From an uncultured Aminicenantes bacterium (GTDB lineage Bacteria > Acidobacteriota > Aminicenantia > UBA2199), in contig CBDAFS010000006.1 of assembly GCA_965195285.1 (NCBI GenBank), forward strand, positions 1 through 63,529: a stretch of 63,529 bases of DNA. The letters run 5' to 3'. Position 1 is the first letter of the stretch; every line of letters begins with the position of its first letter. A program made the position numbers and the translations under genes. Under the pieces are notes generated by a model. It saw nothing but the letters and a program-made list of their open reading frames with translations. It did not search any database and was not told the DNA's origin. Positions 19,281 to 28,556 of the stretch are shown here, one piece after another.

Positions 19281-20612
19281 TTAATTTTCTTTTACAATAC
19301 GGAATCCGTAATCATAATCTTTTTCATAAGGATCTTTGGATCTACGGTTGGCCGACCGAATATCACTGGCTGGTGAGGTAATGCCTCCGCCTCTTATTAC
19401 CCGGTATATACCACTCGTCGGTCCCTGGGGGTTTTGATAGGGGGATTGGGAATAATAGGTGGGACTGTAGTAATCCTGGCACCATTCCCATACATTCCCG
19501 GCCATTTGATAGATACCGCTGGGGGTTGCTCCCGCACCATAGTTGTATGTATTTCTGACGCCTCTACCACAATCAAGAAAATTGGCAAGGTCACAGTTCG
19601 GAGGGGTGTTGCCCCAGGGGTAGCGATTTTGATTGGTCCCCCGGGCAGCCCGTTCCCATTGGGCCTCGGTGGGAAGGCGGATGTTCTCCCCGGTTTTCTG
19701 GGAAAGCCACTGGCAAAAGGCATTGGCTTCCTCCCAGCTGACATAGATTGCGGCATAATCTTTTTGCGAGGTTCTCAGATAATATTCATTGGACAGGGTT
19801 TGTCTTCCCGTATCCATACAGAATCGATCATACTGCGATACTGAAATTTCATATTTGGAAATATAATAGTCATCCAGATATACTTTATGTACCGGGGTTT
19901 CATCCGAATCACCTTCGTTAAAATCATCTCCCATCAGAAACTCTCCGGAAGGAATGTAAACCCAGTCGATCTCCGGGGTTTCAATATCGATGTCATCCTG
20001 GTCTTTTTTATTCAGTAAAAAATAAATAACCACGCCGACAATGATTACCCCGGCAATAACTGCAATCCAGGGAAATTTTTTTCTTTTTTCCTTTCTGCCT
20101 TGATATTGAATGACAGCCTTTTTATCAATGGGTTTAACCGGCTCGGGTTCCTTGAACTTGAAATGATATTCATCAATTTCTTCCTCTTCACCCAAAAGCG
20201 GATCGGTCTCCACTTCAGTTTCCATTAAATCTTTTTTGATAATGCGGATGGCATTCGAATCAAATCCGTTGATTTCCGGTAATTCCTCAATCTGGCCGTT
20301 ATTCAGCATTCGTTGAATCTTAGCCGAAAATGCCCTGGCCAGGTTTTCCTTGTCCATTTTTTCATAGCAGGCACAAAAAAGAATATAGATTTTGGCTTTG
20401 AAGATGAATTCTTCTGTCCCCAGCAGGTTTTCGGCTTCCTCCAAAAAGGAAGTCGCCTCTTCATAATGTCCCTGATTATACAATTTTAATGCCTGGGAAA
20501 ATTTTTCCTGTTTGGCATTCTGTGAACTGAGATTTAGGTTCCCCAAAAAAAGCAACATCATCAGCATAAATGAAACAAATTTGGTCATGGGGTAATTTTT
20601 AAAGTCTGTCAT
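19281..20612 (-). CDS. FGE-sulfatase (SUMF1/GldK-like) domain protein with N-terminal TPR-like region
   Basis: RLPTEAQWE, MAGNVWEW, RGG, GFR motifs; internal KKFPW-TM segment. Confidence 0.88.
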   Translation of the reverse strand: MTDFKNYPMTKFVSFMLMMLLFLGNLNLSSQNAKQEKFSQALKLYNQGHYEEATSFLEEAENLLGTEEFIFKAKIYILFCACYEKMDKENLARAFSAKIQRMLNNGQIEELPEINGFDSNAIRIIKKDLMETEVETDPLLGEEEEIDEYHFKFKEPEPVKPIDKKAVIQYQGRKEKRKKFPWIAVIAGVIIVGVVIYFLLNKKDQDDIDIETPEIDWVYIPSGEFLMGDDFNEGDSDETPVHKVYLDDYYISKYEISVSQYDRFCMDTGRQTLSNEYYLRTSQKDYAAIYVSWEEANAFCQWLSQKTGENIRLPTEAQWERAARGTNQNRYPWGNTPPNCDLANFLDCGRGVRNTYNYGAGATPSGIYQMAGNVWEWCQDYYSPTYYSQSPYQNPQGPTSGIYRVIRGGGITSPASDIRSANRRSKDPYEKDYDYGFRIVKEN

Positions 20613-20635
20613 GCTTTTTTCCTCATATATTGATA

Positions 20636-20664
20636 ATACGATAATAAGAAGTGATAGTGGATGA
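20636..20664 (-). promoter_or_regulatory. candidate ECF-type promoter TCATCC-N18-CGTAT
   Basis: Matches the 19163-19191 motif; sits just upstream of the SD and ATG at 20612. Confidence 0.5.
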
Positions 20665-20721
20665 TGGAAATTATTTTTTTTCAGTAGTTGCTACCCGGGT
20701 CAGGTTACTTTATAATATATC

Positions 20722-23592
20722 GTGAATCCAATGAAAAAAATTATTCCAATTTTAGTTATATTGTTGACGGTCCTGTTATGGGGATGCAGGCAGAAACCGG
20801 TTTTGGCTCCGGTCAAGCCGGTTACGGCTCCCAATCCTTTTGATATAACCGCTCAAAAGTTAGCCGAAGAAGCCCAATTTAAAAGTTCATCCTATTATTT
20901 GAAAAAGGCAATCGAAATATATCAAAACCGGGAACACTGGGGTAAGGTCATTCAGTGCCATATCAAGATTGCCAATAATTACCATCAAATGGGTAATGAC
21001 CGGAAAGCCATGGGCCATTTGAACCAGGCATTAACCCTGGTTTTAAAATATTCCGGACATGAATTCACAGACCTGGCCAATCAATTCAAAAAACTGGCCC
21101 ATACACATTTTTCAAATAAAGATTATGATAAAGCTCTGGAATTGTATGAAAAGGCGCTGAAACTTCAGTTAAAGGTTTTCAGTGAAAATCATCTCCAGAT
21201 TGCCAAAATTTATAACAGTATTGCCCTTGTTTACTGGAACAAGGACAATATCCGAAAAGCAAAGGAATACTATGACAAATCACTGTCGATAAAATTGAGA
21301 GGATTCTATGACTTCCGGATGGATCTAACCAAGAAGTATGCTTACATTAATGGTGGTGAAACCCATTATACCAGTTTTCGCCAACTCAGGGACCAGTTGG
21401 AGAAATCTCTGAAAATTTACAATGAAACCTATGGGAGTTTTCATCCGCTGATGGCCACTCTTTATGAAAGAATCGGGATTTTACACAGTTTCGAGGGTTC
21501 CTTTGAAAGGGCCATGCAGTACTTTCGGAAATCCCTGAATGTCAGAATCGAAACTTTTGGCGATGAAAACATGGCGGTTGCCAGCAGCTATCATAATATT
21601 GGTGTTTGCCTTCGCTTGCAAAAGGAATATCTCGAAGCTGAAAAGTTCTTGGAACAGTCACTTCAAATAAAAAATGTTAAATACGGGGAGAGTCATCCCT
21701 TTGTAGCTGATTCATATTATCAGTTGGGCAAGGTTCACTTTTTTCAGAATCAATTTGAAAGAGCGCTTCATTTTTTTCAAAAATCCCTGATTGCCATGGT
21801 TCCCCAGTTTTCTGACCTTCGAATCAATTCCAACCCCAGGTTGGAGAAAGTTTTTGTCAAAAGCGAATTATTAAAGGTGCTGGCCGACAAAGCGGAAACA
21901 TTGAACAAACAATATTTATTTGATCCGAAACAAACAAAAGCCCTGAAAATATCCTTTGAAACCTATAAGCTCATGTCTCATTTGATTGATATGATTCGAA
22001 GGGAATATAGATCTGCCGATTATAAATTGGTTTTTGGAGAAAAGTCACATGAAATTTACAATAAAGCCATTCAGGTCGCTTTAACCCTCTATGAGTTAAC
22101 CGGGGAAAAAATATTCAAAAAAGAAGCGTTTGGTTTTTCAGAAAAAAGTAAGGCAGCCCTTTTGTATGAATCTGTCATTGAATCGAATGCCCGAAAATTT
22201 GCCGGGATACCTCTGGAACTGCTGGAAAAAGAGAGAAAGTTAAAAAAGGAGCTGGCTTTTTTCGGGACCAATCTTGAAAAAGAATATAGAAAAGAGTCCA
22301 ACATGAATCTGCAAAAAGTTGCCCAATTGGAAACCGATTACTTTCAAAAAAAAAATGAATACCAGAAGTTAATAAAATATTTTGAAGAAAATTATAAAAA
22401 ATACTTTCAGTTGAAATATCAACATCTTCCGGTTGCAATTTCAGATTTACAGAAACGGTTGGATTCAAACACTGCCCTGGTTGAATATTTTTGGGGAAAC
22501 AAAGTAATCATCGCTTTTGTTGTAACCAAAGAAAGTCATCAAATATTCTCTCAACCCGTTGATGCTGATTTTAACCGGATTGTTCAATCCTATTACCGCT
22601 CGATAAAAAAAATTGAGGAAAAATCTTTTCTGTATTTAAGCCGGAAATTACACCAAATTTTAATTGAACCCATTCTCAAATGGATTGGAGACAAAAAAAA
22701 ACTGATCATCATTCCCCATGGAGATTTATATTACGTTCCCTTTGAGTCTTTGGCTTCTGAAGGCAGTCAGGAAAATGATTTTCAATATGTTGATTATTTA
22801 ATCAGACATTACTCTATTTCCTATCACTATTCAGCAAGTTTGTGGTTTTTTAAAGATCTGTCTGTTGCCTCCAAGCGGAAAAAATCCTTTATTGGATTTG
22901 CACCGGTATTCAACGAGAAAGGAAATCAGGGCTATATCCTTTCCAGTGAGGAACCGGTACGGTCCCATCAGGAGAACTACCCGGATTCCCGTTCTTCAAA
23001 CCTAGAGGGGAGAAAGTTCCCTCCATTACATGCTTCAGAAAATGAGATACTTGATATTATTGAATTATTCAGAAAAAACCGGAAAAGAGCTGTCGGTTAT
23101 TTTCATAAACAGGCAACCGAAAGCAATTTCAAATTATCAGAAACCAAAGATTACAATTATATCCATATTGCCACCCATAGCCTGAGTGATAGGATAAATC
23201 CAAAACTCTCCGGGCTTCTTTTTTTTCATGACAAGGATAAAATGATCAGTGAGGATGGAATTTTATATTCAGAGGAAACTTTCAACCTGGATCTGGATGC
23301 AGAATTGATTGTACTGAGCAGCTGTGAAAGCGGGATCGGAAAACTGGTAAAGGGTGAAGGTATGATCGCCCTGAACCGGGGGTTTTTTTATTCTGGAGCA
23401 AATCACATCGTTTTTTCTTTATGGAAAGTAGAAGATAAAGCAACCTGTCGTTTAATGATTGAATTGTATAGGAATATTTTAAAGAATATACCTCTGTCGT
23501 CGGCCCTTCAGCAGGCAAAATTAACTTTAATCAAGGATCGATTTACGGCTTTTCCAAAATATTGGAGCGGATTTATTTTGGTTGGGCGGTAA
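20722..23592 (+). CDS. TPR-CHAT (caspase-like) protease, lipoprotein
   Basis: Lipobox LLWGC; kinesin-light-chain-like TPRs; IIIPHG, HIATHS (His), LSSCESG (Cys), SLWKVED, P.YWSGF. Confidence 0.93.
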   Translation: MNPMKKIIPILVILLTVLLWGCRQKPVLAPVKPVTAPNPFDITAQKLAEEAQFKSSSYYLKKAIEIYQNREHWGKVIQCHIKIANNYHQMGNDRKAMGHLNQALTLVLKYSGHEFTDLANQFKKLAHTHFSNKDYDKALELYEKALKLQLKVFSENHLQIAKIYNSIALVYWNKDNIRKAKEYYDKSLSIKLRGFYDFRMDLTKKYAYINGGETHYTSFRQLRDQLEKSLKIYNETYGSFHPLMATLYERIGILHSFEGSFERAMQYFRKSLNVRIETFGDENMAVASSYHNIGVCLRLQKEYLEAEKFLEQSLQIKNVKYGESHPFVADSYYQLGKVHFFQNQFERALHFFQKSLIAMVPQFSDLRINSNPRLEKVFVKSELLKVLADKAETLNKQYLFDPKQTKALKISFETYKLMSHLIDMIRREYRSADYKLVFGEKSHEIYNKAIQVALTLYELTGEKIFKKEAFGFSEKSKAALLYESVIESNARKFAGIPLELLEKERKLKKELAFFGTNLEKEYRKESNMNLQKVAQLETDYFQKKNEYQKLIKYFEENYKKYFQLKYQHLPVAISDLQKRLDSNTALVEYFWGNKVIIAFVVTKESHQIFSQPVDADFNRIVQSYYRSIKKIEEKSFLYLSRKLHQILIEPILKWIGDKKKLIIIPHGDLYYVPFESLASEGSQENDFQYVDYLIRHYSISYHYSASLWFFKDLSVASKRKKSFIGFAPVFNEKGNQGYILSSEEPVRSHQENYPDSRSSNLEGRKFPPLHASENEILDIIELFRKNRKRAVGYFHKQATESNFKLSETKDYNYIHIATHSLSDRINPKLSGLLFFHDKDKMISEDGILYSEETFNLDLDAELIVLSSCESGIGKLVKGEGMIALNRGFFYSGANHIVFSLWKVEDKATCRLMIELYRNILKNIPLSSALQQAKLTLIKDRFTAFPKYWSGFILVGR

Positions 23593-24394
23593 TGTCATTT
23601 TCAATGAAAAATTTTCCGACATAGAGTAAATCAGTTTGATTTTCAAGTTTCCAGTAATATAATCCAGGGGGCAATATTTCTTTTAAAACAAACTGGTTGG
23701 CTTGAATTGTGTATTCGAATATTACCTCATTATGGTTGCTGAGAATTTTTAACTGAGAGGGCTTGTCTGTAAATGATTCCCAGGCGAATATAATATTATC
23801 GATTAAAGTGGAATTATTGGCTGGTGAATTCACTTTTATGGTCTCATTGCGGAACTGGCTGTTGATCATATATTCCAGATTGGGATTGATGGCGAAATTT
23901 TTGTTTTGGCTGTCTTCCACAGACCTTTTTTCCGTCTGGGAGTGTTTTATATTTTCTATTCGGGGTAATAATTTTATTGAAGTATGGGAATTCTGGCTGG
24001 CCGGGTTTGAGATGGAGGCGGAATTACCTTTTAAATCTATTTTGTTTTGAAAAAGTTGTCTATCGATAATGGTAAAATAAAAAGTCAAGAACAGTGCCAT
24101 GAAAAAGAAAGAGGCAGCAATCCTTTTCAGATATGTATATTGTTTCCGGGGAGATTTCTCAATGGTCAGCTCTGGAATCATATCTTTAAAAGGTCTTTGC
24201 TTTTGTAGTGACCGGGAATTTTTCAGACACAAAAACACATCCAAAATATTGTCTTTACAAATCGGGCAGCTCTCCACATGATTTAATATATTTTCAGTTG
24301 GTTTCGATGATTTTTCATTTAATAAATAGTCCACATAAATTGCTGTTTGATGATCATTTAAATGGCTTGTGTTGATATCATTTTTTGTTTCCAT
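23573..24394 (-). CDS. zinc-finger (HxxxCxxC) membrane anti-sigma factor-like protein
   Basis: HVESCPIC, one TM, C-terminal beta-rich domain (PGLYYWKL); coupled to the sigma-like gene. Confidence 0.75.
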   Translation of the reverse strand: METKNDINTSHLNDHQTAIYVDYLLNEKSSKPTENILNHVESCPICKDNILDVFLCLKNSRSLQKQRPFKDMIPELTIEKSPRKQYTYLKRIAASFFFMALFLTFYFTIIDRQLFQNKIDLKGNSASISNPASQNSHTSIKLLPRIENIKHSQTEKRSVEDSQNKNFAINPNLEYMINSQFRNETIKVNSPANNSTLIDNIIFAWESFTDKPSQLKILSNHNEVIFEYTIQANQFVLKEILPPGLYYWKLENQTDLLYVGKFFIENDITAQPK

Positions 24395-25383
24395 TATTGA
24401 TCCCCTTTAAATAAGTTCTTATTTTGATAATATAGATTGACTAAATCGGGTATGTTTTTTTGGTTATAAACCTGGTCATTATGGGTGCGGTTGAGATGTA
24501 AAATGATTTCGTCGATTTTCACAGTAATCCATTTCCTGAGGGTATCGCTTTTATTCTGTTTCCCTTCATTGCGATTGAATATACCAATGATACTTTCAAA
24601 TACCCGTTTGTCTTTTTTAAATCTAAAATCCTGAGATAATTGATTGATATCAGCGGCAGAGCAGTGAGGAAAATATTTTAATATGTCATCCGGTGTCATG
24701 GGGATACGAAACTTGATTTTCAGGCACAATTCAATTTTGGGTTGGGATTTATAATACATCCTGAATATAAAATGAAGTTTGGTTAGTTCCTCTTCAATGA
24801 ATAATTTATTGCTGGTGAATTCAAAATTTGTTTCCGGTAAAGGCTGCCTTATATCATCAAGATTAACCGTACTTAACATTTTATTTTTCCCCTCTCTGAT
24901 AATATCTATATATATATTACGGACGGTCACCATAAAATAGGATGTAAAAGAGGGGTTTTTTTTAAATTTAAAATCGTACAGTTCCTGAATCTTACCCATT
25001 TTATTCGATAACAATCGGGTAATAACCTCTTGAAGAATATCCTCTCGTTCATGAAAGATCATGTGTTTTGAATAAATATATCGGGAAATTAACCTCCGAT
25101 ATATTAAAATGATGATCTGAGGATAATCCCCCAAAATACTTTCAAAGCAAAGTATATCATTTATCATTTCCTTTAATTCCTCATCATTTCTGCTCAACTG
25201 GAAGGAATTTCGCCTGTTTGTATTGGCTTTGAGAAAATCTGTGAAATGCTTTAAAAGTATTTGATCCAAATCGGGGAAAAGGGTTCTGGGAAAAACATTG
25301 GCTGGGTAAAGTTGGTTTTTAATTACATCGCGGATCAATGCCTGTATTTCATTCAAATTAAAGTCCTTTACTTCAGCGGCCAC
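24394..25383 (-). CDS. atypical ECF-like sigma factor
   Basis: Region 2-like EDILQEVITRL...SFTSYFMVTVRNIYIDIIR; stop overlaps the anti-sigma start. Confidence 0.7.
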   Translation of the reverse strand: MAAEVKDFNLNEIQALIRDVIKNQLYPANVFPRTLFPDLDQILLKHFTDFLKANTNRRNSFQLSRNDEELKEMINDILCFESILGDYPQIIILIYRRLISRYIYSKHMIFHEREDILQEVITRLLSNKMGKIQELYDFKFKKNPSFTSYFMVTVRNIYIDIIREGKNKMLSTVNLDDIRQPLPETNFEFTSNKLFIEEELTKLHFIFRMYYKSQPKIELCLKIKFRIPMTPDDILKYFPHCSAADINQLSQDFRFKKDKRVFESIIGIFNRNEGKQNKSDTLRKWITVKIDEIILHLNRTHNDQVYNQKNIPDLVNLYYQNKNLFKGDQ

Positions 25384-25501
25384 TCTTTTTTTATAGCATA
25401 CCCCAGAGGTGTTTTCAATTATATTTTTTCCAGAGTGATCGAGTAGATTGTCCTTCCCATCTTATATGAATTATTTACCCGCTTGAAAAAAGAGAGAACT
25501 C

Positions 25502-27079
25502 TTAGTTGATATAGCCCAGGCGTTTCAATTTTTCAAGCTTTTTTCGATTGATATTTTTCTTTCCGAATTTTTGCTGCCCGATTTTTTTCTTTTGTTTAAG
25601 AGAATCCGAGAGAAAAAAAGAAAAGAACTCTCGTTCAGCTGATATAAGGTTTTTCCGATCAATTTGAGCCATAGGTGAAAATGAATCATCCAGAATCAAG
25701 TTGTACAGTTCTTTATTCCGGGAGTTGTTTTTCCAGTAATAAATTCCCTGATAGGGCCATTTGATGATGGATATTTTATTGGTTTTGGATCCGGGAAGAT
25801 AAGTGAATGAATAAATATTTTCATTTGGGGTATCTTCTTTTTCTAATAGATTAATAAATGAATGTTGAAAATTTTCATTTTTCAGGTTTAAAAGTTCAAG
25901 TACGGTAGAAGAAAGGCCCGACATTGAGACCGGTGATGTTATGATTTTTTGAGTTTTTCCAGGAATATATATCATGAGTGGCACTCTGATGAATTGCTGG
26001 TTTAAATATTCAACATGCCCCACCAATCCATCCCGTTCCCCCAGGCCTTCTCCGTGGTCGGAGAAGATAGCGATTATAGTATTATCAAACAAATTGAATT
26101 CCTCAACCTCTTGAAGAAATTCGCCGATGTGTTTATCCATATATTCCACTTCCTGCTGGTACATGATCCGAGCCGCTTTGATTTTAAGTTTGGGTAAAAC
26201 CTGAAGATGGATCCACTCTTCCTCTTCACATTCCAGGTTTATCCATCCACTTTGGCCAGTAAGAAAATGGCAGCCTGAAAAAATATCTTTTCTAAATTTT
26301 ATGTTTTCTGATTTTGCGGTGATATTGGCATCTGAAGTCAATTCGATAATTCCGATCCCCTGAAAATCGGAAGTCGGGTAATCTATATCAAATCTGAATC
26401 GGTGAGTTCCCGGCAGAAGTTTTATCTTGGGTAATATTTTACCCTTGTATGGGTTTAGCTCATTTATTTTTTTGCCATCCTGATAGATATTCATGATCGC
26501 TTTTACGGTTGGGGGGCCGTAGGGATAGTGGGGGTCCGAAAAGTGAACAAACATAAAAAATTTCTTGTTTTTTATATCTCTTAATTTTTGCCGGGCATGA
26601 AGGGAAATTTTGTCCGCGGTCAGAAATAAATGATGGATCTCTTCTGAGCAGAGTTTGGAATTGAACTCATCAAAACCCTTCCAAAACCCCGGTTCAATCA
26701 GAGACATAAGGGATATGATCCCATAGGTAAAGTATCCGTTATGCTTGAGAATCTCCTGTATTAATTTATATTTACCATCATATCGAAAATGGTTTTGGAT
26801 GACCCCAAGTTGATGGGGATAATATGATGTAAATATGGACAGATGAGAGGGCAGGGTCTCGGGTATGGTCACAAATGCTTTTTCAAATACTTGAGCCTTT
26901 TTTGAGAAATTTTTCAAGGCTGGAGTTTTTGATTTTGCCCCCCAACCGCTATCAACATAGTCAAAACGGGTGGTGTCCAGGCTTATAAAAATGAGGTTTG
27001 CCCCCCTGGTTCTGTTTTGATTTTGACAGCCGCCTACAATAGACATGGATATAACAATTAAGAGAAACCTGGTTGTCAT
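25502..27079 (-). CDS. sulfatase-like hydrolase/transferase
   Basis: ISLDTTR, TLPSH, DPHYPY, SDHGE, GH, LKRLGYI; start probably ATG 27079. Confidence 0.85.
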   Translation of the reverse strand: MTTRFLLIVISMSIVGGCQNQNRTRGANLIFISLDTTRFDYVDSGWGAKSKTPALKNFSKKAQVFEKAFVTIPETLPSHLSIFTSYYPHQLGVIQNHFRYDGKYKLIQEILKHNGYFTYGIISLMSLIEPGFWKGFDEFNSKLCSEEIHHLFLTADKISLHARQKLRDIKNKKFFMFVHFSDPHYPYGPPTVKAIMNIYQDGKKINELNPYKGKILPKIKLLPGTHRFRFDIDYPTSDFQGIGIIELTSDANITAKSENIKFRKDIFSGCHFLTGQSGWINLECEEEEWIHLQVLPKLKIKAARIMYQQEVEYMDKHIGEFLQEVEEFNLFDNTIIAIFSDHGEGLGERDGLVGHVEYLNQQFIRVPLMIYIPGKTQKIITSPVSMSGLSSTVLELLNLKNENFQHSFINLLEKEDTPNENIYSFTYLPGSKTNKISIIKWPYQGIYYWKNNSRNKELYNLILDDSFSPMAQIDRKNLISAEREFFSFFLSDSLKQKKKIGQQKFGKKNINRKKLEKLKRLGYIN

Positions 27080-27135
27080 CACTCTTGATAATAAGGCTTG
27101 TTTCCCTGCGATCATATTACACGTAAGTATGGAGT

Positions 27136-27402
27136 TTATTCTTCTGTTTTTTCAACGATGATGGTCAGTTTTGCCACCAGTGCTCCAATGGCACCCACTG
27201 CAGCCAGTACCGGAGCCAATGCCGCACCGACCAGGCCAATGATAAGAGGGATTTCAATAAGGGTCTTCCCTTCTTCATTTTTTATGATGATGCGGCGAAT
27301 ATTACCCTGATGGATTAGCTCCTGTATTTTACTGATGATTTCACTGCCATCCAATTTGAATTCTTGGGATTTGTTCCTGCCTGTTTCTTTCTTTTCTGAC
27401 AT
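27136..27402 (-). CDS. DUF4342 family protein
   Basis: ELIHQGNIRRIIIK...LIEIPL...LAPVLAAVGAIGAL. Confidence 0.85.
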   Translation of the reverse strand: MSEKKETGRNKSQEFKLDGSEIISKIQELIHQGNIRRIIIKNEEGKTLIEIPLIIGLVGAALAPVLAAVGAIGALVAKLTIIVEKTEE

Positions 27403-27701
27403 GATGATTCTCCTTGTATTGAGATGGTATCAGTTTAACAGGTATTGACACGCACTGCAATCCATATTTGGATCATTTTTCCCGATCCAAAAAAGTACGG
27501 GGGCAATGATACTTGAGGTGAACAACCAGACAGTCATTTCAATCCTGTAGGGTTTATTTTATCATAAAAATACTATTCGGGCTGTTGCTGCTGCATACGC
27601 TTATATCATTGGGAGACTGGCCGCTAATTTTTTCCTGTTGCCTTTTCAACATCAAGCAGTGGTTTGACACGCACCGTCGATTAAGCTAAAATTGAACGAT
27701 A

Positions 27702-28550
27702 ATGGGGCTTGTCACCAATAAATCTTATCAGCGATATGTGTATGCCATTTCTGATGCCACGGGAAAAACTTGCGAGACGGTGGTTCAGGCAGCCCTCAGT
27801 CAGTTTACAACCACTCAGATTATTTTAAAGACCATTTCCAATGTGCGATCCCTTAAACAGATAAATGAGGTGGTTGAAATGGCGGTTGCTGTTGATGGTA
27901 TTATCATTTATACAATGGTTTCCACCGAGTTAAGGCAAAAGTTATCAGAAATGGGTCGTCTGCATGCGGTACCGACGGTAGATATCCTGGGACCGGTACT
28001 CACCCGTTTTACGGATTTTTTTGAAATTTCACCTCTGGCTCAGCCGGGACTGTTTCGCCAGTTGGATAGCGATTATTTTAAACGGATTGAATCCCTGGAC
28101 TATACAATCAAACATGATGATGGCATTGGTGTTTCGGCTCTTAATGAGGCAGAGATTGTCATTCTGGGTGTATCAAGAACCACCAAAACCCCTGTAAGTA
28201 TTTATCTTTCCTACCGGGGATGGAAGGTTGCCAACATTCCCGTTATTCCGGGTTTTCAATTGCCCAAGGAACTTTTTTCTATTGACCAGGATAAAATAAT
28301 TGGCCTGAATATTAATCCCAACCGCCTTCACCTGATCCGGATGGAACGTCAATCAAAACTGAATAATTATGATCTGGGTGATTACACCGATCCGGAAAAA
28401 ATCAAGAGTGAAATTGCTTATGGATTGAGAATCTATCAAGAGAATTGCTGGCCGGTGGTAAGTGTCACCTATAAATCGATTGAAGAGACCGCAACTGATA
28501 TTATGCGAATTATTTATGCCAAAAAAGGTATAAAAAAGGGCAAAATGTAG
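27702..28550 (+). CDS. ppsR: PEP synthase/PPDK regulatory kinase-pyrophosphorylase (DUF299)
   Basis: ISDATG.T, HDDG, GVSRTTKTP, SIEETA; TTGACA-17-TAAAAT upstream. Confidence 0.92.
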   Translation: MGLVTNKSYQRYVYAISDATGKTCETVVQAALSQFTTTQIILKTISNVRSLKQINEVVEMAVAVDGIIIYTMVSTELRQKLSEMGRLHAVPTVDILGPVLTRFTDFFEISPLAQPGLFRQLDSDYFKRIESLDYTIKHDDGIGVSALNEAEIVILGVSRTTKTPVSIYLSYRGWKVANIPVIPGFQLPKELFSIDQDKIIGLNINPNRLHLIRMERQSKLNNYDLGDYTDPEKIKSEIAYGLRIYQENCWPVVSVTYKSIEETATDIMRIIYAKKGIKKGKM

Positions 28551-28556
28551 AATTCT

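Noticed and set aside
19281-27115. FGE protein as maturase of the nearby sulfatase
   Set aside because: The FGE domain lacks catalytic cysteines and the sulfatase lacks the Cys/Ser target
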